IMG/VR virus record: IMGVR_UViG_3300032770_000012 | Location: 1-64,000 of that record | Direction: 5' to 3' (one strand) | DNA from: a virus | Length of the DNA: 64,000 bases | Shown: positions 28,792 to 38,888 of the stretch, piece by piece | How positions within the stretch are numbered: position 1 is the first letter of the stretch | Layout of the letters: every line of letters starts with the position of its first letter | Notes under the pieces: generated by a model | What the model was told of the DNA's origin: nothing | Databases searched by the model: none | Seen by the model: only the letters and a program-made list of their open reading frames with translations | Translations under genes and position numbers: made by a program

Positions 28792-31068
28792 TCAGACTCG
28801 ATTCTGCTCCCATTGATTGTACTCCTCATCAATTTTGTTTCCAAGCAGGATCTGGTCTAGGTCCAGGATCACTTCTCGCTTTTCGCTCATGCCAACGCGC
28901 TTACCGAGCAGGAGAATGAAGCCGCATTTCAGGCAGCGCTCGCCTTCGGGGTCTTCCGATCCCCACTCGTTACCGCACCGCTGGCAGATCATGAGCCACG
29001 GGAGATTCTCGGCTTTGCCGGTGTCCGTCCGGATCGGAATATAGCCCAGATTCGGATCGTACTCGTTTTCGTGCGCCGTATAGTCGGCGATCATGGTGGC
29101 TAAAATCTCGTCATCGTGCATTCCCTCGGCAGCGCCCGCCGATTTACTCGCGAATTCTTCCTTTTGGAATGTCTTTAGTTCCTCAACGCAGTTGTCGCTG
29201 CGAATTTCGATCAGGCGCGCCTTGAGCCGCATTGCCATGTTTTCATAGAGTCGCGGCTTGGAATTGGCCTGCGTGATCCAGTGGTACTTGTTCGATTGCA
29301 CGCTACTCACGGAATCCAGGTGCTTCCAACGGTAGAGATTCGGGTAAGACAATTGCAGGCGGACTGTGTCTCCACAGGTCTGGTAGGTGTTGTACTCGAT
29401 CGACATCAACGCTTCGTTGTACCAGAGTCCTAGATAGTTCGCGATGTAGGCGAGTTCAATGGAAGTCACCAGATTCGAACGAAACGTTGCGACTTGGACG
29501 TCCGGACCATGCGCTCCTCCGAGCCTGATAACGGCCACCACCGAGTAGTCGGCTTCCGATGAAGTCTCGCCCATGCCGCCAGCGACGTCAACGCCGCAAG
29601 CGTATTCCGAACCTGGATTCGGCCATTCCCAGATTCTCAAGTTGCTCGTTTCGAATCGGTGATCCAGATCGCAGCCAGCGGCCCAACACTTTGATCCGAT
29701 CTCTTGGCCGCTGTCCTGATGCCGGATGATTTCCTTCACGCCGTGGAACTTGCCCTGCCGGTCAAGAAAGCCTTCAGCGGTCGGGGGACGCACGCAGCTA
29801 TCGGCGTACTGCTGCATTTCGAGCGTAAAGACGTTCAGGCCGTGAAGCTGGAAACTCTCTTCCGCCGTTGAAGTCAACTCTTCCCGAAGTGTCTTGAGTG
29901 ACTCTATATCCTTCTCGGCATTCACGCGCTCGTTCCACATCCAGCACAACTGCGGATTGGAAAGCATGTACGGCTTGAGAATCCCTGTGTTGCATGTTCG
30001 GCACTTCGCCCCAATGGTCGATGCCCCCATGTAAACCGAGGCATGCCACATCCCGCAAGGCTCGAAGTCGCATTTGACCCATTCGGAAGCGACGCGGTTT
30101 CGCATGTCGATTTCGGGCTGATCCGGCCTCCATCCTCCAGGCGGGGCCATTACGCGAGTCTTCTCCATGAAGTAAGGCAGGAACAAGGCTTTCCACTTTG
30201 ATCGCTCCCCGAGTTCTACGCACTTCCTCCACCACTTATGACTCCAGCTTCCAGCGTTCTTTCCGGTCGATTCGGCGACGGCGATTGTGTCGGGACTTTC
30301 AATCAATGCCTTGCCGATATCGCCCTCGATGGCGTCCCTAACTTTTTCTTGCTGCCAATCGCAGAACTCCGAGCAATGTACGCCAGATAACGGTAGCCCT
30401 TGCCCGATTCCGGAATACTGGGTAGCGGCTTGGACCGTGATACGTGAGTTCAATCCAGGCTCCTTGCGGCGGGCCTCCAGGTCTGGATTTTCAAACACGA
30501 TCCCGCCGTCGAACGTGCGATTGGATGTCATGGGCTTCATCCACCAAGGCACGTGATCGTAAATGTGCAGCATGATCGAGAACAGATACTCGGCGTGCGG
30601 AGCATCGCGCGAAACCACTAGCGAAATGGTGTTCGGCCAGAACATCGTGCGCCACGCGATCAGAGCCTCGATCAATGTGGAACTTCCCAATTGGCGACCT
30701 TTGATGATGAGCAGGCGCTGTGCTTTGCCTTGAGCCTTCAGCCGTAGCAGTTCTTCCAGGATCAACTCTTGTGATTCCCAAAGCTGAAACGGCATCTCCT
30801 GCCGGGTATGCTTGTGCGCGATGCGGAAGTAGTTGCGGGCGGCGTAGCGAAAGTCCAGGGCGCACATCCGCATCTGCTCGTGGATGGCCTGTAGTTCTTT
30901 GTTTGTCAGGTTCTCCCAGTTGTGGATCTTGTTGTCCTGGTCGAAGTGCCGGATTAGCTCCCCGATGCCGGGATCGCGCCTCCAGATCGCGGTGTGTTTT
31001 GGTATGTAGGCCGGAGCCTTGGTGATCTCTGAATATTGCTCGACCGCTTCGGGGCCGCTGACAACCAT
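28792..31068 (-). CDS. terL: Terminase large subunit
   Basis: IIKGRQLGSST Walker A, VHCSE Walker B, ESTG coupling motif, GVDVAGG..DYS and HDD nuclease motifs. Confidence 0.92.
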   Translation of the reverse strand: MVVSGPEAVEQYSEITKAPAYIPKHTAIWRRDPGIGELIRHFDQDNKIHNWENLTNKELQAIHEQMRMCALDFRYAARNYFRIAHKHTRQEMPFQLWESQELILEELLRLKAQGKAQRLLIIKGRQLGSSTLIEALIAWRTMFWPNTISLVVSRDAPHAEYLFSIMLHIYDHVPWWMKPMTSNRTFDGGIVFENPDLEARRKEPGLNSRITVQAATQYSGIGQGLPLSGVHCSEFCDWQQEKVRDAIEGDIGKALIESPDTIAVAESTGKNAGSWSHKWWRKCVELGERSKWKALFLPYFMEKTRVMAPPGGWRPDQPEIDMRNRVASEWVKCDFEPCGMWHASVYMGASTIGAKCRTCNTGILKPYMLSNPQLCWMWNERVNAEKDIESLKTLREELTSTAEESFQLHGLNVFTLEMQQYADSCVRPPTAEGFLDRQGKFHGVKEIIRHQDSGQEIGSKCWAAGCDLDHRFETSNLRIWEWPNPGSEYACGVDVAGGMGETSSEADYSVVAVIRLGGAHGPDVQVATFRSNLVTSIELAYIANYLGLWYNEALMSIEYNTYQTCGDTVRLQLSYPNLYRWKHLDSVSSVQSNKYHWITQANSKPRLYENMAMRLKARLIEIRSDNCVEELKTFQKEEFASKSAGAAEGMHDDEILATMIADYTAHENEYDPNLGYIPIRTDTGKAENLPWLMICQRCGNEWGSEDPEGERCLKCGFILLLGKRVGMSEKREVILDLDQILLGNKIDEEYNQWEQNRV

Positions 31069-31073
31069 CGGCC

Positions 31074-31481
31074 TTACTCTTCTACGGCGGATTCCTGGGA
31101 TACGTTGCGCATCTGCCGAATGATGGCGTCGAAACCTCGCGAGTAGGTATTGGCCTGTGAGATGTTGGCGTTGTTATTGTTGATGACCACTCCGCCACCG
31201 GTTTTCAAGATCCCGTAGGACTCCAGCATCTTCTCGGCAGCGCGGATGTCGCCCATCGCCATGGCCTTGCGCAAGCACTCCATGGCCTCAGGGATTACGA
31301 CCGGCCCATACAAGGCCAGCACTTTCTCGATGTACTTCACGATCCGCTTAGGAGTGACATTCCTCGGCCTGATCGATGGGTCGCTGAGCGGGACAACCTC
31401 CTGCGAGTGATTGCCGTTGCCGTTTACGGACATGGCCGCGCCGTTGACCGGCGTGAGTTGCGGAGCCTTGCGTCTCGCCAT
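31074..31481 (-). CDS. Terminase small subunit candidate
   Basis: Helical 135 aa directly upstream of TerL; GDIRAAEKML motif. Confidence 0.55.
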   Translation of the reverse strand: MARRKAPQLTPVNGAAMSVNGNGNHSQEVVPLSDPSIRPRNVTPKRIVKYIEKVLALYGPVVIPEAMECLRKAMAMGDIRAAEKMLESYGILKTGGGVVINNNNANISQANTYSRGFDAIIRQMRNVSQESAVEE

Positions 31482-31485
31482 GGCG

Positions 31486-31857
31486 CTATGGCGCTAATCG
31501 CGCCCAACCGTGGATGAAATCGTTGGCGACATCTTGGTCCATGAAGTAGTCTCCGACGTGATAGGTGGCTCCGCCGATATTGTTCTCCAGCACCCACGAT
31601 TCTCCGGGACGGATGACTCGGATCACACCGACCAGCGTCGCCTTGTTCATGGTCTGCGTCCCGATGTAGATGTTTCCCTGATTCGACAAGTCCGCAATGA
31701 GTTCCATGGAATTCGCCCACAGGTCCCGAGATATCCCCCCATCGATGGTCCAGTTTCCATAAAGCGAAGGGTAATTGGCTGTTAGCCTGATCGGGGTGTT
31801 CGGAGCGGTGGTTAGTTTACCGAGCGGGAATGGGCTAATCGTCGGCGGCGTTGCCAT
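31486..31857 (-). CDS. Hypothetical beta-rich protein, leaderless
   Basis: TTGCAA-18-TAGACT-7-ATG; NQGNIYIG motif. Confidence 0.6.
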   Translation of the reverse strand: MATPPTISPFPLGKLTTAPNTPIRLTANYPSLYGNWTIDGGISRDLWANSMELIADLSNQGNIYIGTQTMNKATLVGVIRVIRPGESWVLENNIGGATYHVGDYFMDQDVANDFIHGWARLAP

Positions 31858-31897
31858 CGGCCTTAGTCTACAGCGGAATCCAGGCCGTTTGCAAGAA

Positions 31898-32260
31898 CTA
31901 CGGTTGCGATAGGAGCGCCGTCTCCATCCATTGGGCCAGCATATCAAGCGGACTGCTCGCCATGGGGATGCCCTTGCTACGCGTCAAACCGAATGGCTCA
32001 AAGTGTAGATTCTTAAGTTTTTCCACGATCTTTGAGAGCGGCACTCCATGCTGAAGCGAGATGCTGATCATAATGCCGAGTGCGTCCAGCAGTCCACGCT
32101 CCAGCGAACCAACCTGACCGGCCTTAAGAAATACCTCTCCGACCGAACCGTCTTCCATGAATCCAATAATGGCGTACATGGTGAGCGTGCTGATCTCCAG
32201 CTTAACGGTCCTGGATTCTCGTTCGAGCGGCATCCTTCGATGGATGAGTGCGGGCATCAT
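31898..32260 (-). CDS. Stand-alone TSCPD domain (NrdJ C-terminal-like)
   Basis: GEVFLKAGQVGS..ISISLQHGVPL..FEPFG..ASSPLD. Confidence 0.8.
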   Translation of the reverse strand: MMPALIHRRMPLERESRTVKLEISTLTMYAIIGFMEDGSVGEVFLKAGQVGSLERGLLDALGIMISISLQHGVPLSKIVEKLKNLHFEPFGLTRSKGIPMASSPLDMLAQWMETALLSQP

Positions 32261-32471
32261 GGGTACGCTATTTCGTGGAATCGGATCTCCCTGACTTCAG
32301 ACATTGGCCGCGAGTAATTTACTTGCCCAAAGTCGTTTAAGGTTTGAAGTTTTAACCCATCCGACCTGAGGCGCTTGCAATTTGAAAAGTATGTCACATC
32401 TTCTCGGATGACTCCCGGCACTACGCTCTCACGTTTCGTTACTACAGCGACTCCCTCTCTGTAACATTGCT

Positions 32472-33290
32472 TCATCGGTCGATCGATACCTCTCCCCTGA
32501 TGATGTCGTCGGTCCTCATGCTGAAGGCCGAAGTGTTCAGCGGAACCTTGGACGGCATGTTCTTTGGTCTGGGCTTGAAAACCACTACGGCTTGCCGCTT
32601 GATATCCTCGATTGCTTTGTCCAGATCTGGACAAATCGGAGTAAGGGCGGTCTGAAACAGGTGCGAGCATCCAAGACCAATCACGGCAGCGCCGGGGCTC
32701 CTGAGCGCCGTACGCGGCAATTCCTTGGTATTGGTGATGATTCCTGACTCGCGGCCCGCCTCGTTCGAAGAGTTATTTTCAACCCCGGACAGCCGGTAAA
32801 CCAGCTTCACGGCAGAGTAGTCCCTGGATTCGGTCCATCCTGGAATGAATTCGGTGCTCATGGCGAGTTCGATTTCGTGCTCGGAACCTTCCGGCACGAC
32901 CCTGATAAGTGGCGGGGCGTTCCCTTTGAGCCATTCGATCAGGTCCTCGGGTTTCCAGTAGTTGTATTCGACGGCTTCCGGGGTAGAACGCCGCTTGTTG
33001 ATGTGGTGGTCAACCTCCGGCGCTTCTCCCGCCGCAATGATGGCGGCTCCGGAGTACTCGCGCTTCTCGGGCCTGGAATCGCGCTCGTCCACTACCGCTG
33101 CCGATGCGGGAAGTTGCATGAGTTTTGGCGCTGGAGTTTCGGTGCGACCCGGATCTCCTTCGTCCACCGAATCCATTTCCTGAAGGAACTTGATGCTGTC
33201 CACAATCGCCTGTGCACGATCCGGGTCGCCCAGTCCCTTGGAGCGCTTCAGACCGACGAGAACGGCTTGCTTGACTTGTTGTTCGGTCAC
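32472..33290 (-). CDS. Hypothetical protein
   Basis: 272-aa ORF within the operon. Confidence 0.6.
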   Translation of the reverse strand: MTEQQVKQAVLVGLKRSKGLGDPDRAQAIVDSIKFLQEMDSVDEGDPGRTETPAPKLMQLPASAAVVDERDSRPEKREYSGAAIIAAGEAPEVDHHINKRRSTPEAVEYNYWKPEDLIEWLKGNAPPLIRVVPEGSEHEIELAMSTEFIPGWTESRDYSAVKLVYRLSGVENNSSNEAGRESGIITNTKELPRTALRSPGAAVIGLGCSHLFQTALTPICPDLDKAIEDIKRQAVVVFKPRPKNMPSKVPLNTSAFSMRTDDIIRGEVSIDR

Positions 33291-33294
33291 GATT

Positions 33295-33723
33295 TTACCC
33301 TGTCATCTTGAAATTCCAGGCATCGCCATGAACTTGGCGCTCGGCGCGCTCCCTTGGAATTCCGTTTGCCACCATCTCGGTTATCGCGGCTTCCCGGTCA
33401 ACGTCGGCGGCGTCGGGCTCTGCAGAACCGGGGGCCTCTCCGCCGATCAAGGCCCGCTGGAAAGATCCCACGCTCTTTTCGAGCGACGTAGTCGCCTCCA
33501 CCTGGGTCCTTCCGATTTCAATGAATCCCTTCACTAAAGCCGGTATCGCGCTGAAGGACTCGTTTTCGCGGAGTGAGGCAAGTTCCTTGGTGAGTTGCTC
33601 TCCGGTTTCGATCAGAGATCGGATTGCTCGCATGAACTTTAAGAAGCCCATGACGAGGAGCGCCAGAACCACGATCAAGACCACAAAACCGAGTGTTCCT
33701 AGAACCGCCGCGACAACCGCCAT
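33295..33723 (-). CDS. Membrane-anchored coiled-coil protein, leaderless
   Basis: N-terminal TM; TTGACG-17-TACAGT-6-ATG. Confidence 0.6.
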   Translation of the reverse strand: MAVVAAVLGTLGFVVLIVVLALLVMGFLKFMRAIRSLIETGEQLTKELASLRENESFSAIPALVKGFIEIGRTQVEATTSLEKSVGSFQRALIGGEAPGSAEPDAADVDREAAITEMVANGIPRERAERQVHGDAWNFKMTG

Positions 33724-33735
33724 GAGTCTACTGTA

Positions 33736-33758
33736 TTGACGATTTATGTAAACGTCAA
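33736..33758. promoter_or_regulatory. Overlapping divergent promoters on the inverted repeat TTGACG-N11-CGTCAA
   Basis: Each arm is a -35 box; -10 boxes TACAGT (minus) and TAGTAT (plus) lie 6 nt before the ATGs. Confidence 0.65.
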
Positions 33759-33771
33759 GTAGTATAAGGCG

Positions 33772-33948
33772 ATGGCGCGAAAGAAACTTCCCGAAGGTCA
33801 GGGCCGGGTCCCGTTACAGGTGAGAGTCAAAGAGACCACCAAACGCTTCTTGCAAAGCCTGGGCCAGAAGAACGAAGGCCATGCGGTCGATCTGCTGGTG
33901 GACATGGTCCCTAAACAGCCGGGTAAACAAGCTGGCGCGACGAAATAA
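33772..33948 (+). CDS. 58-aa ribbon-helix-helix regulator
   Basis: RVPLQVRVKETTKRFLQSLG..GHAVDLLV; below the ORF-track cutoff. Confidence 0.65.
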   Translation: MARKKLPEGQGRVPLQVRVKETTKRFLQSLGQKNEGHAVDLLVDMVPKQPGKQAGATK

Positions 33949-34055
33949 GATCGGGAACTTCGGCGAGGCTCCGGAACTTTCGCCCCTTCCTCACCTTATT
34001 CCCTTTGTCGCGGGACAAACGACGTAATCATAGTGGCCCAGATGCGGACCGGAAG

Positions 34056-34379
34056 TCAAGACTCCAGGAACACCATTGCGGCGGCGCAAATCTCCGAGCA
34101 CATGGCGAGTACCTCAAAGTCAACTCGGTCGAGACTTTCATCCAGTTCCATGGATCGTTTGTGGTTCAAGAAATTCTGCGGCAGGAGGGCCAGTTCACCG
34201 TATGCCTCGATCAGCCTGGGGTGGAATTCCTGGTAGAATCCGTCGCATTGCTCGATCAGCCTCTTCAAGTCTTCCTGGGACCAGTTGCGCAACGGGCCTA
34301 GAGTGGCCCCGTTTACTCCTGCATCGATAGCGCGCTTGAGTTCTGGATAGTCGTCCAGTCTGAACTTGGTTGTTTTCAT
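34056..34379 (-). CDS. Hypothetical protein
   Basis: ATGA overlap with the upstream gene. Confidence 0.55.
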   Translation of the reverse strand: MKTTKFRLDDYPELKRAIDAGVNGATLGPLRNWSQEDLKRLIEQCDGFYQEFHPRLIEAYGELALLPQNFLNHKRSMELDESLDRVDFEVLAMCSEICAAAMVFLES

Positions 34380-34570
34380 AACCTTCGTTTCAGGGGAAGA
34401 TATACGCTCATTTTTGGATCTTCCAGGAGCGCTTTGACTTCTGGGTCTTGGAGCAATCCCTGGATTGCGCTTTTGTCGGCCTCCCTGCCATCGACCGAGA
34501 ATAGTTCTTCAGCATGGGCCGCAATCGAGGCCAATTTGATGAAGAGACTGTCTAGTCTGGACTTTTTCAT
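34376..34570 (-). CDS. Hypothetical protein (MKKSRLDS...)
   Basis: IKLASIAAHAEE..YLPLKR resembles a small phage protein family. Confidence 0.5.
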   Translation of the reverse strand: MKKSRLDSLFIKLASIAAHAEELFSVDGREADKSAIQGLLQDPEVKALLEDPKMSVYLPLKRRL

Positions 34571-34753
34571 AGACCGATCAATCATTCCAGGGACACCAGC
34601 CCCGTTCGGGTTGATACCGAGCGCAGATCCTACGCTCCCATTGCTCCATTGCGGGACATTCCTCATCAAGATCGAGGCAGCGGAATTGTGCCCCTGCGAG
34701 CGGCCCTGGTATTCGGGGTACATACTCCTCAATGTGAACACAGTCAGGCTCGC

Positions 34754-35035
34754 TCACGATGCCTTTTCCCGTGTGTATACGATATGGCCCAATTCCTCAA
34801 GGCGCTTGATTCCCTCGGAGATCACGAACGAGGTGTACTGATGATTGTTGGCCCGGATCATCTTCTGCACTTGCCAAATGGTCTTGCCGCGCCGCAGGAA
34901 TGCGAGCGCCGCTTTCATATCGCGAGTCCATTTATTGCGCTTGAACTCCGTCAAAGAATCCGGGATTGGAGGAAATCCCGGTTTTATCGAGGCGTACCCC
35001 TTCGCTATGAGATTTCGGAGTTCACGCCCGGTCAT
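34754..35035 (-). CDS. Hypothetical basic protein
   Basis: Directly follows the ParB-like gene. Confidence 0.5.
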   Translation of the reverse strand: MTGRELRNLIAKGYASIKPGFPPIPDSLTEFKRNKWTRDMKAALAFLRRGKTIWQVQKMIRANNHQYTSFVISEGIKRLEELGHIVYTREKAS

Positions 35036-35036
35036 T

Positions 35037-35711
35037 TTAGATCGCTACCGACCGTATCCGCGAGCCCATGGTGAACTCGAATTCTTTGAATCGCTCCATG
35101 CTATTCAACAGATTCAGGATGTCGTCGGGCGTGATGAATTCCTGGTCCAACCACTGCCGGAGAGTTTCGATCTCGGTCGGCTTTTCTTCCTTGGCCTGAC
35201 CCGGCTTCCGGCGCTTGTGGCCGGAGACCTTTACTTCGTCTTCTCCGGAGCGAATGCTTTTGACCAAGCCTGCCGAGACATTCAGCAGTTGGGCCAGCGT
35301 CGCGTCGCCCTTGCGCCGCAGTTCCGTGATCGACAGCGCGTGCTTTACAATCTTGCGCTTGTCCGCATTATTCAGCTTTGAGCCGTGCTTGGCGTTCTTG
35401 CTGACTCCCAGAAGGAACGCCTTCAGGTCGCTCTCGGACGGGTCCCTGAGGATGTGGATATTGGCCGGTATGACTTCTCGGCCCTCCCGCTCGTGAGCCA
35501 ATTTGCGATGCTCCCCATCGGCCAGCTTAAGTTGGTCGTCCGTGTCGGCAAAGACCTCGATAGGGTCCAGGTCCCTGCCGTCCCGAAGAATGGCTTGGTA
35601 TTCCTCTACCAGCGACTCACTGATGCGCACGCGCTGCCGGATCTCTGGCACGATCACGATATCAGCGATGGGGATTTTCTTTGTCTGAATTTCTTCCTCG
35701 GGCTTAGCCAT
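35037..35711 (-). CDS. ParB/Srx N-terminal domain protein with HTH
   Basis: LDPIEV..LADGEHRKLA, NAKHG, DATLAQLLNVSAGLV. Confidence 0.85.
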   Translation of the reverse strand: MAKPEEEIQTKKIPIADIVIVPEIRQRVRISESLVEEYQAILRDGRDLDPIEVFADTDDQLKLADGEHRKLAHEREGREVIPANIHILRDPSESDLKAFLLGVSKNAKHGSKLNNADKRKIVKHALSITELRRKGDATLAQLLNVSAGLVKSIRSGEDEVKVSGHKRRKPGQAKEEKPTEIETLRQWLDQEFITPDDILNLLNSMERFKEFEFTMGSRIRSVAI

Positions 35712-35752
35712 GATTCAAGGATGCAAGAGAAAGGCGTTTTTGTCAACAAGAA

Positions 35753-36769
35753 TCAGGACAGGAAGTCGGGGACTGGTTCCTCGTCCATTGATAGTTCGGC
35801 GATCGCTGGATCGGCCAACAGGCTAAGCTGGTCGTCGTCAGGATCTTGTTCGGCCTTCTCTACATTCCTGACGGCCTGACGATAGTAGCTGGCCTTCAAT
35901 TCCGCTCCGATCCCACGTCTACCTTGACGCACGGCGCAATATACTTCGGAACCAACCCCAAGGAACGGTGTGAACACGGTCTCGCCTGGGTTTGATCTGA
36001 GCACTAGGCATCGATCAATCACGTCAAGCTGTAATGGATGGATGTGCTTTTCGTCCTCTTGGTCGCGGGCTTCCTTGTAGGGGAGCACGCGATCTATCCG
36101 AATGTCATCCCAGAATGCCGAGGCGTATTGCCTCCAAATCCAATGGGAATAGCGGTTCTCGGTCTGCTTTCCGGTCCATCCGCGATAGCGCAGAAATTCT
36201 TGCGGTACTTTCCGAGATCCGTAGTACTTCAGCAATCCGTTGGGGTGCTCTATCGGAATTGGGTTCCTGCCGTGCCTGCGGAAGACCAGCAGATAATCGG
36301 CGCTCGCCACACTACAAAGAGACGAGTCTTCCACGATGGTCTTGTGCGCGAGCCCTTTGGTGAGGGTTCTGTTTCGGACCAGCAGCGGCTCTTTCCAGAC
36401 ATGATAGCGGGCGATGTAGTTGAATCCGTGGCGTCCATGTAGCCGAATGATGTCTCCTGGGAAATCGACCAAGTGATCCCGCCCGGTATTTCCTGAAGGA
36501 ACGTCCATGCAGTGAACCGCTGTCATGCGACCGGGCATCGTGATCCGTTCGATTTGCTGGACCACAAATTCGTAGTGCTTGAAAAATTGCTGATAGTCCA
36601 TGGAATTGGACAGGTCCCGTTCGTCAGAGGAATATTGGAACAATCCTCCGAATGGTGGGGAGTATATCGACAGATGGATCTTGGCATCCGGTAGATCCTT
36701 CATCACCGCGATGCAGTCTCCCGAATACAAGGCGTACTTGTCGGTAACGCTCTGGTCGCTCACAGCCAT
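35753..36769 (-). CDS. DNA amino-methyltransferase (N4C/N6A, beta class)
   Basis: SIYSPPF catalytic motif, KHIHPLQ, VFTPFLGVGS SAM-binding motif. Confidence 0.9.
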   Translation of the reverse strand: MAVSDQSVTDKYALYSGDCIAVMKDLPDAKIHLSIYSPPFGGLFQYSSDERDLSNSMDYQQFFKHYEFVVQQIERITMPGRMTAVHCMDVPSGNTGRDHLVDFPGDIIRLHGRHGFNYIARYHVWKEPLLVRNRTLTKGLAHKTIVEDSSLCSVASADYLLVFRRHGRNPIPIEHPNGLLKYYGSRKVPQEFLRYRGWTGKQTENRYSHWIWRQYASAFWDDIRIDRVLPYKEARDQEDEKHIHPLQLDVIDRCLVLRSNPGETVFTPFLGVGSEVYCAVRQGRRGIGAELKASYYRQAVRNVEKAEQDPDDDQLSLLADPAIAELSMDEEPVPDFLS

Positions 36770-36867
36770 TTTGGAATCTCCATATCACGCTCGTTTCTGA
36801 CCTTCTTGAAGCCCATTGCATCGTTCATGTGGGCAATCAATTCACGGAACATTTGTTCGGCCTGTCC
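36760..36867 (-). pseudogene. C-terminal remnant of an SNF2-like helicase gene
   Basis: Startless frame GQAEQMFRELIAHMNDA...IPKWL* overlapping the methylase start; resembles ends of helicases that precede this methylase family. Confidence 0.55.
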
Positions 36868-37141
36868 GCGCGCTCTCGGGCGGTGCGTTCGTCGGCCAGC
36901 GCTTGCTCCAGCGTCATAATTTTATCGATCAACTTGGCATATCCTTCCGCTTCAAGCGGGGTCATACCTACAGAGGTAATGCGCTCGCTCAACGTCTTCT
37001 CAGCCACGGGATTTCTCCTTTCGGCTTGGCCAACGAGGCAACCCAACCGCCTCACGCGCATTATTCATTAGCACCCAGTCTTCGTGGATGTCAGAGTCTT
37101 CATCCACAGCGCGTACGTCCACGCAGTCCATCAGGCCCTTG

Positions 37142-37978
37142 TCATGCTTTCGCCCTCAATATGATCGACATCGAATTACAAATCTTTCGCCTCACGCCAA
37201 AGCTTAGCCGCTGGCAGGCGCATTCCAGTCGGTAGAACGGCAGCGGCCAGCGAGCCAGTCTCCTGAACCGGGCCTCGCCCGATACAAACGGCGTTCCCCA
37301 CAAGACGAGCCTCTCTACTTCAAGCCCCGCCCGATCGGCGATCCGCGTCATCTCCTCGGGTGTTATCAGGTATAAGTGCCCATCGGCGTCAGGTTTAAAC
37401 TGTATCGCTTTGAGTGCCTCGACGTCTTTCACCTGGGAGTAGGTCGGGAGCCTGGACCTAAAGTACGCCCCATTGGGAGTCGTTAGCAAGATGCGGCCTT
37501 CTGGGGTCAGCAAGCGCCGCAAGTGCTGTGCGAAAGCCACCGCATCTGCGACGTGCTCGATGATTTCGCACGCGGTCACTAGATCGAACTTTCCGATGGT
37601 CTTCGGTTCCAAATCGAAGACGTTGCCGGGCAGAACCTCAACGAACTTTCCGTTATGGTAGTTGGCAATCGCGGCCCGCAGTGGTTCCGGTCTGAGATCA
37701 TTTGCTGCGACCCGACTGCCGCTCAACTGAAGGCACGCGCTCAAGGCACCGTCCCCGGCTGCAACCTCCAGCACTCGCTTGGGATTCAACTCCCGTGCCA
37801 TGTTCAGCGCAAGCAGCGCACGCAGCCGACCATAAGCTGCGTGAGACGGGAGATGACACGTACCGTAGTTCCAGCCGTCTACGTCTCCGGCCTTGAACGA
37901 TAACGGACGGATTGTCGATAGCCCGGACCGGCACACGTTTTCAAAGAGTTCTCCGGGCGGGAATGGTTTGGCTGTCAT
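37142..37978 (-). CDS. Class I SAM-dependent methyltransferase (small-molecule / glycan type)
   Basis: VLEVAAGDG, FDLVTACEIIEHV, GRILLTTPN. Confidence 0.85.
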   Translation of the reverse strand: MTAKPFPPGELFENVCRSGLSTIRPLSFKAGDVDGWNYGTCHLPSHAAYGRLRALLALNMARELNPKRVLEVAAGDGALSACLQLSGSRVAANDLRPEPLRAAIANYHNGKFVEVLPGNVFDLEPKTIGKFDLVTACEIIEHVADAVAFAQHLRRLLTPEGRILLTTPNGAYFRSRLPTYSQVKDVEALKAIQFKPDADGHLYLITPEEMTRIADRAGLEVERLVLWGTPFVSGEARFRRLARWPLPFYRLECACQRLSFGVRRKICNSMSIILRAKA

Positions 37979-38265
37979 TCTGCAAGACCTTTATCGGGGA
38001 CCCAGATCGGCCTGATGGGTTCCTCAGTGATACTGGACCAGCGGGAGAACCTTCCCGATTTACCGTCGATAACTCCGAAGATATCGATTTTGTGATCCTG
38101 GCAGATCATGATGTGGTCGAATACCTGCCAGCCTTCCGGAAAACTCGGGGACGGGAGAGACATCCCGGCGTAGTAATAACCGAGCGGGATGTCCCTGGCG
38201 GCTCCGCAGACCGAGCAGGTGACCCTACAGATGACATCGCAGGGGAAGTTGATCACGGTGCTCAT
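37975..38265 (-). CDS. Small Cys-containing hypothetical protein
   Basis: CSVCG..PEGW..ICQDH. Confidence 0.5.
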   Translation of the reverse strand: MSTVINFPCDVICRVTCSVCGAARDIPLGYYYAGMSLPSPSFPEGWQVFDHIMICQDHKIDIFGVIDGKSGRFSRWSSITEEPIRPIWVPDKGLAE

Positions 38266-38495
38266 TGGGTTTTGTCCAGATCTGGACGTAATTCACAGGC
38301 GATTTCCTCGCGCTTTTCTATGGACCGGATAGCGCGCTGCACGGCGTTCAGGAATTCGTCGTAGGGGGCGTAGTATCTTGGCCGTTCAGACTCTTCGCGC
38401 CGGAGGATCTCGCGCCACTGCGCGATGGTGAACTCGGCAGTAACCTTCAGCCGGATGTCGTCGGGATTGGAGCAGGCCACGGTGACGTTAATCAT
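38262..38495 (-). CDS. Hypothetical protein
   Basis: ATGA overlap with the downstream gene. Confidence 0.5.
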   Translation of the reverse strand: MINVTVACSNPDDIRLKVTAEFTIAQWREILRREESERPRYYAPYDEFLNAVQRAIRSIEKREEIACELRPDLDKTQ

Positions 38496-38888
38496 GGTGA
38501 GTAGCCTTGGATTCGGGCGCGTCCCAGGCGAGTTTCAGAGCGGCGGGGTCGGTCATAAATGCTTTCCCCAGATCATCCAGCCGATCTCAATTCCGACGAC
38601 GATCCAAGCCAATGACGCGAACCACCAACTGCTAAGGATGCGCTTCCAGGGGATTCTATGCCGTTGCTTAGACCAGCCTTCAATGTAATCTGGATCGTCG
38701 CTTTTCACTTCGCTCTCCCCTCTCTCCGCGCCTCACGCCTGCGCTTCTTGCCCCACAGGCGCTCCCGGCGCTTCTCCATCTCCTCGGCGGTCGGCACGCG
38801 CTCGGGTCCGCGACGGGTCCGCCAATCGGCAGGAAGGCGATTCTGCGGCGTGTCGCCCCAACCGAGTCTGATCATCTCGTCCAGTTCG

